A DNA stretch of 64,000 nucleotides from Tubiluchus corallicola (GCA_030141605.1 JAQGDQ010000171.1:310001-374000), one strand, 5' to 3'. Shown: positions 36,601 to 46,801, counted from the first letter of the stretch. The notes: generated by a model not told the origin, from the letters alone. Numbers and translations: made by a program.

Positions 36601-39310
36601 CTTTCATGAGTTCATTGGATTCTCTCTCTTTATAAACTTTTTCTGCCTCTTGTGCTGTTATTGCAAATTTATGAGTGATCACGGAAACTTTTTCTCAAAG
36701 TTCCTCAAATAAGTATTTCTCAAATAAAGTGAATTTTATAAAATTATTCAAAAAGTCAGTGTAACTGTTTGGTATATCGGCATCATTAGCCTAACAGTAT
36801 TAAGCCTATTGTACATTGCACCACACTGAAAACTAGGTTTCAAATTTGTTTTGTTGTTGAGTTAAAAAAAGTAAATGACTCAAGCAATCAGAATATGCAT
36901 TCAAACTAGGCTTGATTTGATTGCATGCTGATGAACTCTGTTACTAATGACTCGATCCAAATTCCAGTTTCAAATAGAATTGCTAATACTTCTTCTGCGT
37001 TAAGTACCTACATTTTGTGTTAAGTGCTGTAACATGCCATACATGTTGAATACTGCTATCCATGACTTCTTTCTGCTCATCTCCCTTATTATTTGTCAGA
37101 AATGCGTACAATGATTGTAGATGGTTGTTTATTCCAGCGGCGGAACTAGGGGGCAGCGAGGGGGGCGTGCGCCCCCTTGTCAAAATTTGCGCCCCCTGCA
37201 AAATCGGACAAATAATTTTTTTGCAGTGAAAATTGCAGTTCGCATGTAATCATTTTCAATATGAATTAGAATTAGGTAAAAAAATGTTTGGTAGCTTCAG
37301 TGTATTATTTTCTTAAAACTTGTGTGTGATAAATTTCTGTAAATAACAATTTAGTTAGAGGTACATTAATAACGTTAGGTTAACTGAGAGTTAATTTTCT
37401 CATTATTGCTTTGTCCGCTACGCCGTCTTACACACGCTAATTATAGGCCTGCATGCAGTATAAAAGGGGTTAAAATTGGCTTAACCATTATTTAACCACT
37501 TCGGATACCTCGCCCCCCCCCAGAAAATTTTTGCACCCCCCCTGCTTGCCACATCTAGTTCCGGCCCTGGTTTATTCCATTCCAAGATGCCACATTCGAT
37601 TTTGCTGCTTTTTTGTGTTATTGCTGTTGTACACAGTTACATAATATGATAAATCGTGTGCTTTGACTGTACTGCAATTGCTTTAAATCTACTAATGATT
37701 TTTTTTTCGTTTGACACTGAGTTCATTTTTTTTATTTTTTTAGGATCTGGATGGTGATGATGTCATGATTCTTGACAGTGGTGCTGAAGAGGTAATTTTA
37801 TTCATGTGAATTAGACATTTTGCAATTAAGGTGAATCAGTTAACAGTAAACACAGTGGAGCAAAACAATTCTTGTATATCACTGAGACAAGTTTTGGTCT
37901 TTTGATGTCATAATTATCCAGAAAAGTACACAGTCCATGCTAAAGTGCCTATATTCTGTGAGATAATTTAGAAATTTGTATAAGCTGAGCGAATGCCAAG
38001 TCTAGTTGTTACATTCTGTAGTAGTTTATTGCTACGTATAGCTCACATATGTACTTCTTATTACACAGATCTTTATCTGGATCGGCAAAGGAGCAAATGA
38101 TGCAGAGAAAAGAGCAGCATACGAAATGGGAGTGGTAAGTTTTTTCACCAAGTTTCTGTTTGAAACAATCAGCAAGTTGCTCATTTTACAGAGCTTAAAT
38201 AACTAACTTCTCGTCATTTTGACCTCGTTCTTATTGCAAGGTCCTTTAACATTTTTTTATTTTTAATGATTTTTTAGGCCTATTTGAAATCCGAGCCAAC
38301 GCCTCGCCAGCCAGACACAGTTGTCTACATTGAAGTAAAACAAGGTGCTGAACCAGATGTGTTCAAGGGCTATTTCTCGACATGGGATAACTCAATGTGG
38401 GCGGTATGATCAATATTCTGTTTTCTGTAAATCACTGAACTAAAACTAAAATTAAAAATTAAAAGTAAAATTAAAAACGTCAATACAACAAGTATCCCTC
38501 TACTGTGGTATGGGTACAGGTAGCGCTGTCGTATTGTGTGCTACAAGGATGAAATCTCAAGCCTGCTCTGTCATGTTGGCAGAGCATGGAAGTTCTAATC
38601 CCAGAGTCTCATGTTCAAATCCCGTCTGGTTCACAGTTTTTCAGTGTCTCTTTCATTCAGCTTACCCGCAAGGGTAATAATTGTTGTGAAATAAACCGCA
38701 AAGGAAACCGCTAGGCAAGTAATTAAACGTTTAGCTTCCAGAAATTCTGTTTCCAGAAATTCTTTGGATAACAGTGGGTGAGCGGGTAACAAATTCAAAG
38801 CAAAACCGCTACGCTATAGCATATTAGTGCATGATAAACGTACCTGCTTATAAACAAAACGGTACTTAACATGATTGTTTCTGAAACGTAAAGTAAAGAT
38901 GACATAAAAGTAGGAAAGGCTGTTTTGGCACATACAAGTATCTTATTTTAAGTATGTGAAGGAAAAATATTGAGTCAATTATGCGGAGTTATTCGAGTCA
39001 ATTACCAATAGTTTTTATGTATATTTGAATAGAAGCGGCCTCTTTCTAGGTGTTTCTGAGTCAATTAAGTGACTGAGTCTATTAACCGTCAGTCTATTAA
39101 GTGGCGCCTACCGTATTAAAATTTCTCCTTGCTTGTTAATAAAGTTAAAAATAATGTACTTTATTTCTGTATATTATTGCATCGACATCTATGCATGTTT
39201 TTTAATTGATAAGGTAAAATACACTTACCTACTTTGGTCTCTTCTTTTACTCAGCAGTGGTTTTAAACTCTCTTTCAAAATCTGCTCAAATTTTTACTTT
39301 ACAGGAGTAA
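9569..39310 (+). CDS. Gel: Gelsolin, cytoplasmic six-domain (G1-G6) actin-severing protein, 23 exons, ~737 aa
   Basis: Exons listed below sum to 2214 nt in one open frame. Six gelsolin repeats are recognisable (IWRIE, FYEGDSY, HFWLG, GDVFILD, VSDASG, DCFILD, FFGGDSY, EDVFVL, DDVMILD). No signal peptide and no villin headpiece. Confidence 0.93.
10060..10760 (+). mobile_element. Decayed CR1/L2/jockey-group LINE, 3' part of the RT ORF
   Basis: Frameshifted peptides [54 protein letters not shown] and [10 protein letters not shown]. Confidence 0.85.
10216..10461. repeat. Minisatellite, 41 bp x 6
   Basis: Consensus ~TTACTTATTCTGCTTAGAATATGCCCTAAATCTGCAACACC; units are directly adjacent. Confidence 0.95.
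10961..11785. mobile_element. Possible Kolobok-like non-autonomous element; right boundary uncertain
   Basis: Begins TTAA|AGGAAGAGCCAACCC like the other TTAA-AGG families here; only a degenerate right end (GGGGCTACCCTTT). Confidence 0.35.
11992..12525. mobile_element. Degenerate Tc1/mariner (Tigger-like) MITE
   Basis: Repeated ATAACTCAAA / TTTGAGTT subterminal motifs, as in the cleaner 33266-33802 element. Confidence 0.55.
13197..13523. mobile_element. hAT-family MITE
   Basis: TIR TAGGGGTGAGCA...TGCTCACCCCTA; 8-bp TSD GTGTCCAC/GTGTACAC with 1 mismatch; internal TTCGA repeats. Confidence 0.88.
14285..14945 (-). mobile_element. Probable 3' remnant of a non-LTR retrotransposon
   Basis: Minus-strand [35 protein letters not shown] resembles the C-terminal HGxF..CxC..H zinc-knuckle region; (ATAAA)n-like tail near 14285-14303. 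Confidence 0.5.
14963..15379. mobile_element. hAT (Charlie-like) MITE
   Basis: TIR CAGGGGTTCCCAAACT...ACTTTGGAAACCCCTG; subterminal CGACCCC motifs; TSD not recognisable. Confidence 0.82.
16205..16279 (+). CDS. Gel: Gelsolin exon 2
   Basis: [25 protein letters not shown]. Confidence 0.93.
16383..16699. repeat. Minisatellite, 52 bp x ~6, in gelsolin intron 2
   Basis: Unit ACTCATTATTAGTATAGTTTATTTCTTTACTTATCTACAAATAAAATTTGCA. Confidence 0.95.
16825..16890 (+). CDS. Gel: Gelsolin exon 3
   Basis: [22 protein letters not shown]. Confidence 0.93.
17008..17520 (+). mobile_element. Non-autonomous DNA transposon, family B (Kolobok-like), one end
   Basis: TTAA|AGGACAAGAAAAGGGGTACC terminus shared with 58145; internal homology to 49325-49710. 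Confidence 0.8.
17690..17990 (-). mobile_element. SINE-like fragment
   Basis: GC-richer body ending on the minus strand in a (CATA/CACA)-type simple tail. Confidence 0.4.
18040..18170 (+). CDS. Gel: Gelsolin exon 4
   Basis: [44 protein letters not shown]; AAG acceptor. Confidence 0.92.
19434..19539 (+). CDS. Gel: Gelsolin exon 5
   Basis: [35 protein letters not shown]. Confidence 0.93.
21865..22158 (+). mobile_element. SINE-like element
   Basis: A-box-like TGGCTAAGTGG at the 5' end, ~290-bp GC-richer body, AAATAAACAAACAAA tail. Confidence 0.6.
22250..22360 (+). CDS. Gel: Gelsolin exon 6
   Basis: [37 protein letters not shown]. Confidence 0.93.
22913..22979 (+). CDS. Gel: Gelsolin exon 7
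   Basis: [22 protein letters not shown]. Confidence 0.92.
23123..23494. mobile_element. MITE with long imperfect inverted repeats
   Basis: CAATAAGGCTTTTCACAGTT / AACTGTGAAAAGGCTTATTG ends, plus inner perfect IR TAGGTCAAAGGTTAAGTGTACCA / TGGTACACTTAACCTTTGACCTA. Confidence 0.85.
25117..25246 (+). CDS. Gel: Gelsolin exon 8
   Basis: [44 protein letters not shown]. Confidence 0.9.
25563..26168. mobile_element. hAT-family MITE
   Basis: TIR CAGTGGTGGCTCGT...ACGAGCCGCCACTG; perfect 8-bp TSD GTAATAAC. Confidence 0.92.
27465..27543 (+). CDS. Gel: Gelsolin exon 9
   Basis: [26 protein letters not shown]. Confidence 0.92.
27607..28243 (+). mobile_element. Non-autonomous DNA transposon, family A (Kolobok-like), full-length copy
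   Basis: TTAA on both flanks; imperfect TIR GGCAAAACAGGA / TCCTGTCTTCCT; RR..YY termini. Confidence 0.85.
28626..28724 (+). CDS. Gel: Gelsolin exon 10
   Basis: [33 protein letters not shown]. Confidence 0.93.
29207..29320. mobile_element. Tigger-like MITE left-end fragment
   Basis: CAGTAAGTCCTCGCTTAACGAC followed by repeated CTTAACG/CTTAGCG-like motifs. Confidence 0.5.
29694..29850 (+). CDS. Gel: Gelsolin exon 11
   Basis: [52 protein letters not shown]. Confidence 0.93.
30178..30336 (+). mobile_element. Short inverted-repeat element with an internal degenerate (CCCTAA)n tract
   Basis: AGTTTACAATTCCCA / TGGGAAATTGTAAACT ends; homologous to 62892-62992 in reverse orientation. Confidence 0.75.
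30486..30625 (+). CDS. Gel: Gelsolin exon 12 (G3-G4 linker)
   Basis: [47 protein letters not shown]; donor GTGAGT. Confidence 0.88.
30733..31168. mobile_element. hAT-family MITE
   Basis: CAGGCCCAC...GTGGCCCTG termini; GGGCCC motifs; perfect 8-bp TSD CCTCTGGG. Confidence 0.9.
31707..31844 (+). CDS. Gel: Gelsolin exon 13
   Basis: [46 protein letters not shown]. Confidence 0.93.
32308..32394 (+). CDS. Gel: Gelsolin exon 14
   Basis: [29 protein letters not shown]. Confidence 0.93.
32990..33061 (+). CDS. Gel: Gelsolin exon 15
   Basis: [24 protein letters not shown]. Confidence 0.93.
33266..33802. mobile_element. Tc1/mariner (Tigger-like) MITE
   Basis: TIR CAGTAAACTACATATAACTCGA / TCGAGTTATACGTAGTTTACTG; TA flanks. 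Confidence 0.9.
34052..34165 (+). CDS. Gel: Gelsolin exon 16
   Basis: [38 protein letters not shown]. Confidence 0.93.
34695..34778 (+). CDS. Gel: Gelsolin exon 17
   Basis: [28 protein letters not shown]. Confidence 0.93.
34809..35477. mobile_element. PIF/Harbinger-like MITE
   Basis: AGCCGGGGTTTC / GAAACCCTGACT ends with TAA/TTA flanks; internal GTTGCCA / TGGCAAC motifs in mirrored orientation. Confidence 0.65.
35873..36025 (+). CDS. Gel: Gelsolin exon 18
   Basis: [51 protein letters not shown]. Confidence 0.92.
36171..36263 (+). CDS. Gel: Gelsolin exon 19
   Basis: [31 protein letters not shown]. Confidence 0.92.
37135..37569. mobile_element. hAT-family MITE
   Basis: TIR CAGCGGCGGAACTAG / CTAGTTCCGGCCCTG; perfect 8-bp TSD GTTTATTC. 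Confidence 0.92.
37744..37791 (+). CDS. Gel: Gelsolin exon 20
   Basis: [16 protein letters not shown]. Confidence 0.9.
38069..38134 (+). CDS. Gel: Gelsolin exon 21
   Basis: [22 protein letters not shown]. Confidence 0.92.
38278..38403 (+). CDS. Gel: Gelsolin exon 22
   Basis: [42 protein letters not shown]; donor GTATGA. Confidence 0.92.
38560..38680 (+). mobile_element. tRNA-derived (Arg-TCT-like) SINE head or tRNA pseudogene
   Basis: TTGGCAGAGCA (A-box/D-arm-like), TTCTAAT loop, B-box GTTCAAATCCC; stems degenerate. Confidence 0.5.
39305..39310 (+). CDS. Gel: Gelsolin probable last coding exon (GAG TAA), followed by a ~0.8-1 kb 3' UTR
   Basis: Strong acceptor tttttactttacag; AATAAA signals near 40112 and 40269; alternative acceptors exist at 39255/39258. 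Confidence 0.55.
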   Translation, partial: E

Positions 39311-42300
39311 TATGATGACTGCTGCTCGTAATTTGCCCGGTCTACACTGCCGAAGTTGTACGATCATGCTTTAGTTCCATTTTTGCAAGACAGTAGGATT
39401 TTTTTGTCGTCTCATCTACTTCTTTGAGACTGCAAGGCTGTTGCTCGGGTTCAAAGAACATGATGTCAGTCTCTATGTTCTAAAAATTTAGTAATGCAAC
39501 TTTTTTGCATATTGTATGCATAAGTATGAAAGTAGTAATGATGAACAAAAGGTAGCAAAGTTACAACTTTGCCACAGCCAAATTTTTTGTTATGTAATAT
39601 CTGTATAGTTCTATTCAAACAATATAGGAGCCAGTTAAATCATGTAACGTGTAAAATTTGCACGACTATTGTGTTTTTGGAATATTTTGTTGTAAGATCA
39701 AAATTAAGTTAACATTTCATCGTTTCCCAATGTTTTGTTCTATAAAATGCTGAAATTTGGTTTATTTAGACTCACTATATGTATTTCTAAGAGAGTACGT
39801 TAGTATGTAGTCTTTGTGTTCTTAGTATATAATTGTTGTTATTAATTATCTTATTAGTTTAGATTAGTTACCTGCAATGCTGTGATTCTTTACCAGTCTT
39901 CCAGAATAGTACATAATAGCTGTCTGTTTAGCAATGCTCCATTTGACACAAGATTTTTTACCGGTATTTAATCTTTCTGTTCGGTTTAATAATTGATAAG
40001 AACATGGTGCCTGCCAAAGCAATGTAATCTTTCATATTTAACAAGAATAACATGATTGCTTCTCTAACCCTTGTCATGAGAGTCTCACATTAGTTTGACA
40101 AAAAATATTACAATAAAACAAAAGTTCCATATTGACAGTGCTATCATGGATGAGTAATAATTATAGAACCTTAATGATTTGTCATTGAAAATTTAAGTAC
40201 TGTGTTTTTGCGGAAAAATTGCTGATGCTATGACATTATTTATGATATTGATTGCAATGAAGGAAAGCAATAAATGTTTCACTTTCTCAGAAAATGCATG
40301 TTTTTGTTTTTATTTGCCACTTATAATGGACCATGTACCAAGCGCCAGCTACTGTATCGAACTCACCATCTTCCAGACGGAAAGCGAACACGTTACCGCT
40401 AGACTAAACCGTCTGGTCATATATTACCATTACAGTTATATTATTATTATCATTATTGATAACATTTCATTAGTAGCGTACAAATTACGTGCAAGGCCTA
40501 CACACAAAAGTAACACTGAAGCGTCAATATATAAGTTGAACAATTACAGAAAATATTACAAGTACAAATCGATTCGAGCCTTTCTTTATACAAGCACTGT
40601 CTAAACCGTTACTTTTTGTATACTTCCTACACTTGTAATACTTTCTGTACATGTTGTTGTACAACGTTCAAAAGGAACTTTTCTCTAAAAGGCAGTAAGA
40701 GCAGATGTAAGTATTATAAAGCATGAAAGAAAATGTGACCGTGTGGAAGAAAAAGTGAATTAAACTCAAATAACATCAACACCACACACAAACAAAAAAG
40801 AAAAAAGACAAACAACTGTAATTCATACAATCTTGCAGTTTGTAGGTGCAATCTTGAAGTTGGTTTTTATAGTTTTTAACAACGAAATAAACGTTATCTT
40901 TTATAATAGAAAAACATGTAACTGTAACTTTCGCTCGGCAGAGGGCGCACACAGTCAACTACGCTCTAATTTATTCACCTTTGCATATAAATCTTTAAAA
41001 GCGGCTCTCGTTGCTCATGATCGCTTTCCTGGCACATTTTTTCGTCTTTCTATTTTGTAAGCCTCTAATCATCTAATTTGGTTATATGGATGAATGGTTA
41101 GCTCTCCAAATGAATGCAAAATGTTTTTTGACACTGCGAATAAAATATCCCTCACCGGGGAAAGAGTGGGTAATATGGCTACCTGTTTTTTTACTGGACG
41201 TAAGCGCAAAAAACTTGAGAACAAAGCTAGTTAGTAAAACTTTCTAGTATCAAAGAAATTGTTTGATCCTTTCATTCATCTGATCAAATTAGTGAACGGC
41301 TTACGTACTACTACTGACCTCGGTGTTTGGAAATACGAAACCATTCAAGCATAACATAAACATCGCGTATGATAAACTCCCCACAGGCTGTCTGCTAGCG
41401 CCGAAGTGCCGTTTCATCTGTGAAGTTCGGCAGATGCCGGCTTGCGCTGATTCCGAAAAGATGCGAGTTACTCGCGCGTTTTGGCTGGTTTTAGTCACTG
41501 TTTTGAGTGACATCACTGACATGTGTTTAGATGGATTTGTATTTTGAGAAAAGTTTATGCTTCGGAGTTTAGACATTTGACGCTGTGATTAACGTTCGTC
41601 GAAGTTTATTGGAGATAAATTGGAATTCGACATTGGTCGGCAGAATACAAAGAACGTGACTGTAATACGCATTTAAAGCTAATGAAATCTAATCTCCAAA
41701 ACGGATCAAGCATTTCCGCAACTTATGTGACTGCTGTGTGGGTTTATTTGCAAATGACAGGATCATAAGCGTTACAGTAACTCTACATCACCTGTCGGTG
41801 GACAGCAGGATCTACCCGAAAAGAATAGTAAGCATTGTCTTGAAATATGACTTGTGTACGTTTGAGTGGGTAGATAATTGCATTAATTTAGCCAGTCTTC
41901 ACCATTATTTTGTTCCGTAATTCTTTTTCAGTAACGGTAACAAGCAAAATGTAATGTCTGGCACATGTATTTCTTATCAATGAAATGCGGTTCATGGAGC
42001 CGTCCTTGTGTTTTTTTAGATCAACATTGTAGAGTATTTCAGAGAAATTCTTTGAATTCTACATATTTTCTTAATTTAAAGCGAAATGTGCACGCTGAAT
42101 TATTTAGATCAGTGCTTCCCGCACAACTGGACCCAATGTTTTTCAGCTTGAAAGGTAAACCAATTGTCTCGTTTCCAGCTTACTATAAGACTATCGATTT
42201 TCTAAAATAGTATGTTACGTGCTGCACGTATTTTTGAGAACCTCCTATGTTTTCCCTACTAAGTCTGCCAAACGCATTTGGTGCATATTAGTAACGTAGA

Positions 42301-43343
42301 TAAGGTTCGTGGGATGTATATGGTATTTATGGTGTTAAAATGACATTTTATGATCCTGACGTGAACCTAATAGTAGGCCCTTGCACTGGTATTGGTTTAT
42401 CAAGCAATTCTTCTTTCTGTGGTTCAGTCTACATCATATCTGGCATTCATTTTGCTTGCATGCCAGATAATATTAATGAAAACTCAAAATCCTTTGTTAT
42501 GAAAGCGACAGCGATAATCGCAAACCTCACTGCGGTTGCGTCGTTGCGTAGTTTTTGCTGCGTGCGCTGCGAAAGCCGAATTGAATGCATAGCAGCCAGT
42601 AATTACTACGCTTAGGCCATTTTTGGTAACCAATCATCTCTCATTCTGACCATTTTGTTTGTCACTGAAATTAACAATACAAACATTCCCCTAACTTCTT
42701 TACTTTTAACATTCTTTGTAACATTTTATTCGCAAAGGTGGAAAAATTATGGATCGGTTAAAACTGCATTGAATAAATTCTAACTAAAGTAGCTTAGAAA
42801 TTCACATTGTTTCAGCACAAGTAACTTAAACTGCACGTAGTATTACTCCGGAAAATATTCTAGAGTTTCTCACTCCTTTTTCTTTCATTTTTTGTCTGCT
42901 GGTTATGTCCTTCGTAAAATTCGTGTATGGAATAACACAAAACCATTAGGCAACAAAAGGAGAATTTATGTGACTTGTCAGATACTGGCGAAAATTAATC
43001 TTAACAGACTTATTGTGTGAATTGTGAAAAATGTGTTTGAGTCAGTGCAGGACGCGCCAATGAGCATCAATAGCTATAAATTTGAGTTACATCTTGACTG
43101 TAACGTCCGCTATAAATTTGAATTCGCCAAATGAAATCACTGTTGCATTCATTCAATGTCGTTTGTGGTGAATGTGGCAAACAGTAAAAGTGTTGCTCTA
43201 TACATTAATAGGAACCGACGCTTTCTTACTAACCGAAGGGTGTTTTAGTTTTACAATTCCTGTCTTAATTTTCGCAGCTTCTCACTACAAATTTATGCGC
43301 TTTGAGTTCAGATTTGTAAATTTAGAAAAAAAGTTATTCAAAC

Positions 43344-43508
43344 GAATGTCTCTCCTTTTGCAAGTTTCTACATTTGAAAATCATACCATTCGGTGCTCTA
43401 AGTACTAGAATGTAAAAGCAAACTTGAATGTTTCTCCTTTTGCAAGTTTCTACATTTGAAAGCCATACCATTCGGTGTTCTAAGTACTAGAATGTAAAAG
43501 GAAACTTG
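43344..43508. repeat. Tandem duplication, 82 bp x 2
   Basis: GAATGT.TCTCCTTTTGCAAGTTTCTACATTTGAAA... at 43344 and 43426. Confidence 0.92.
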
Positions 43509-44267
43509 CCCAGCTCTTCAATGTTTTCACAACTAATCCCATCTGGTCTACTGGAATTTTTACTACTGGAGACTAAAGAGCGTTAGATTTCTAGTGACTA
43601 CATGGTTATAATAACTAAAGATTTGAGTTCGTTTTAGTCGTGATTGTTAGTTCAAGACAGGTGTCGAACTTGGAGAGTATTACTGCTTATCGGTGTATTT
43701 GTCTATACTCCAGAGAACAGGTTTGCACATTGACGACAGACTTGATCGCGACTCAAGTGCCCTGTCTCTGGTGCCAGTGGTCTTGGACTTGAAAAGCAGC
43801 GGTGAATAGGTCCTACTGTCAATATCTAGTGTGAATAGTTGTCATACAGTATGCTGCATGCCATAGATAACAAGTGTTTGTTTTCACCCCCTCTCCTACT
43901 GACAGATGGAGTTTTGACCACATTGCCAAACAAATAAAGTAAAAGGTAAACGGCTTTTCAGGCATCGAGGTTACGCCATCTACCGATAGAAGACTGACGC
44001 TAAGTTGGTTTTATGACATGTCCAGCCTAATCCTATTTTGCAAGTTTTTGTTTTGTGCCAGTTTGTATTGAGTTTAAATGTCATAAAAGTTTCCTTGTAC
44101 AAATATCAGGGACCAATGTCGTAAGTGAATGAGTAACTTTTGCATTGCACCATATCGAAATTTCCGAAAACAAAACAGACTTTGGGCTACCTTCGGGGAA
44201 GATCATGTTTTTGCATAAAAGTGAGTAATCGTGCGTTATTCTAAACTGTAAAAACCTCTGTATGCAG

Positions 44268-44443
44268 TACCAGTACTGTTCAGTAAAAGGATGCAGCTGC
44301 AGATTGGATTGTGACAACTTTATTAATAAACGTAATACGTTCTGCTTGTGTAAACGACCACACAAGAAGAGTGTATTACGTTTGTTAATAAAGTTTTCAT
44401 AATCCAGTCTGCAGCTGTATCTTTTTACTGAACAGTACAGGTA
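44268..44443 (+). repeat. Ungapped 84-bp inverted repeat with an 8-nt loop (hairpin)
   Basis: Arms 44268-44351 and 44360-44443; on the + strand 74 Watson-Crick pairs, 7 G-T pairs, 3 other mismatches. Confidence 0.95.
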
Positions 44444-46801
44444 TCTTACGTAAATGAGACTTTATAGTCGGTTATCAGGCGAACGGAATTAAAATAGCAA
44501 TTACGAACAACGTACCAATGAGCGGCTACGTACATTTCACTTGTTTCGAATCAGCGGCCAAAGTTTTATTGCACAGTGAAAAGGAATACGGCCAGAATGG
44601 TAGCGTGAATTGCAGATTATGATTATTTTAACAAAGTTTATTTCGTCTATAAACCATGAAGTTTATAATATTTCTCTGGCTAGACTTAGTAAACGTGCTT
44701 AAAGAGTGGAAAGGAACGAAATGAATTTGTACTTTGTTTCAAACTTCTGGTCGTTACGTATTTGGCTATACCGTATTTGTGAAAACAGTGTACACTTCAG
44801 ACATTTATACAAAATTTTTCCAAAACATGGCGAGGTCTTTCGAGTTAATGGGAAGATTTTGCATCCGGGCGTTTCTAAATAATTGCAACTAAAGTAAAAG
44901 GTGCCGGTCACTTAACTCTCTTGTTGCAGCATGTCAGTAGTGGAAATCGAATCCTTATTTAACGCTTATCGATTATAATCATTCACAGTTGCGTTCTGTT
45001 TTACAAGCCGTTTGTTTCAGACCTTTAACACAGTAACGCCTGCTCTTGTCATCCCAAACTGATGGATTGCCAAATCATTGGTTTAGAGTTGTACCTCACA
45101 AGAGAACTGGGATGGAACTTTCTCGGCACTTCATTATTTTTCACTTTGACAGCATCCGAGTTTTTTTTCCGTAATTAGGCAGGAGGGACATTTCCTGCCC
45201 CATGACAAATTGATATAGCCGATATGAAGCATCGTTGTCGTCATTGAGCCTTAGAGGACGCCGCTAATTGGGTAATTAAAATTGCACTTTTATGGGCAAG
45301 ACAAGGTTTTTGCGTCTTGGAAACGAGCTGGTATTAATAAATTATAACTGCTTCTGCGCGAAATAATAGATGGTGGCAAGCCACTGCAAAATTAGATAAC
45401 GATTGCAAAGTTTTGGGAGGTTTCTTTATTTGATGTGCTAAATATGAATATAAATCACTACAAACTGTGTAAAAGTTGTTGGCTAGAGCTGCAACTGTTG
45501 AAACCCTTGAAATAGTTCACATTTAAGCGGGGATAAATAAAAAACAGAGAGAGGTAGGGTACGCCCCGCGATCATGACTATCCAATTCCTATTTTTTTCA
45601 GAATTTGTTTTCAAAATTTAATTAATTGTGAGTTTTTACCACCCCTTTCCCACGTTGTAGTAAGACAAAGGATAGCCGACATATAGGTAACAGAGCCTAT
45701 ATATATCATTATAATTTTTAGAGTTACAGCACGCACGCTGGAAGCGCTCCTGTGTATACACAATAATTCTCGTTTATTGCCTGAGCTTTAGAGCCCACCC
45801 AACATTTTTTATTGCTCGTAATAGTCCATTTATCCTGACAAGCACGTTTAACTCGGCAGGGAAGGCGGTAAGCTTTGTGACTGCACAACATCAGCTGATA
45901 CAGCAGGGTGGAATGCGCCAAAGCTGAAACAGTTCTACGCCTGTTATAAAGTGGTCAAATCATTAAGCGAAAGCTAACAAAATTTTTGTTACTTCTTGAA
46001 CGGTAAATTTGTGCTCAATTTTCGGGCTCGAAAAGTTGCGGGTCCTTTGTACAGTTCGCACACCCCTAAGGTTGAGAGTGCTCTTTGAATGTGCTACGAA
46101 GAGTTGTTACTTTATACAAATTTTATAATTTACAATAATTTTATATATGTGAATAAAAGCTGAGAAAACTGGGAGTAATTGTTTCCATCATTTAGGTCCA
46201 TTTAATACATTATATTGGATGTAATCAGCAAACTGGCAAACAAAGACATTAACCATGTGAAGTTTTACCCACATCACATAATCGTGATAATGCAATTGTT
46301 ATTAATTATGTAAGAATCCACGTAGCAAAATTTTTCATATTATATAGACAATAACTTAAACAAATGTAAATACATCGTTAAGTAATTATTAAGCTTTTAG
46401 CTAAACGAACCTAAACTTACCCCATTCTTCATAAAAATATAACGACACGAAAATAATAGGTTAGTTTTGAGTTGTACATTCTTTTTTACCTCAAAAGCAA
46501 ATTCATCGGTTTAGGTATTATGAACTGAATATATTATTTCCTTAAAATTTACCTATTAATTGCTTGCGAAAAAACTCGTCTTGCTGAGTGTTTACGCTGG
46601 TGTGTTATTTTGAGACGTCTTTGATTCAGGAGTGTAAATTACTTCTTAAACCTTTGCACAGAAATTAAAAGATCAAATCTACCCTCTCAAACGAGTTTTT
46701 TCGCGTGTTATTGTGTTTATTTGCCCCCTCTAACCTACAGTAGGTTTAATTACTACGAAAAGACCGAGGAGTCATACTTATTAAAACCAGAAAGCTCCCA
46801 G

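Noticed and set aside
38560-38640. Functional tRNA-Arg gene
   Set aside because: Acceptor, anticodon and T stems do not pair properly; better explained as a SINE head or pseudogene.
38404-41000. Villin/advillin identity (headpiece exon) or stop-codon readthrough of gelsolin
   Set aside because: No headpiece-like KKxxxLF exon was found. The stop is TAA-T, a poor readthrough context, and another TAA follows a few codons later.
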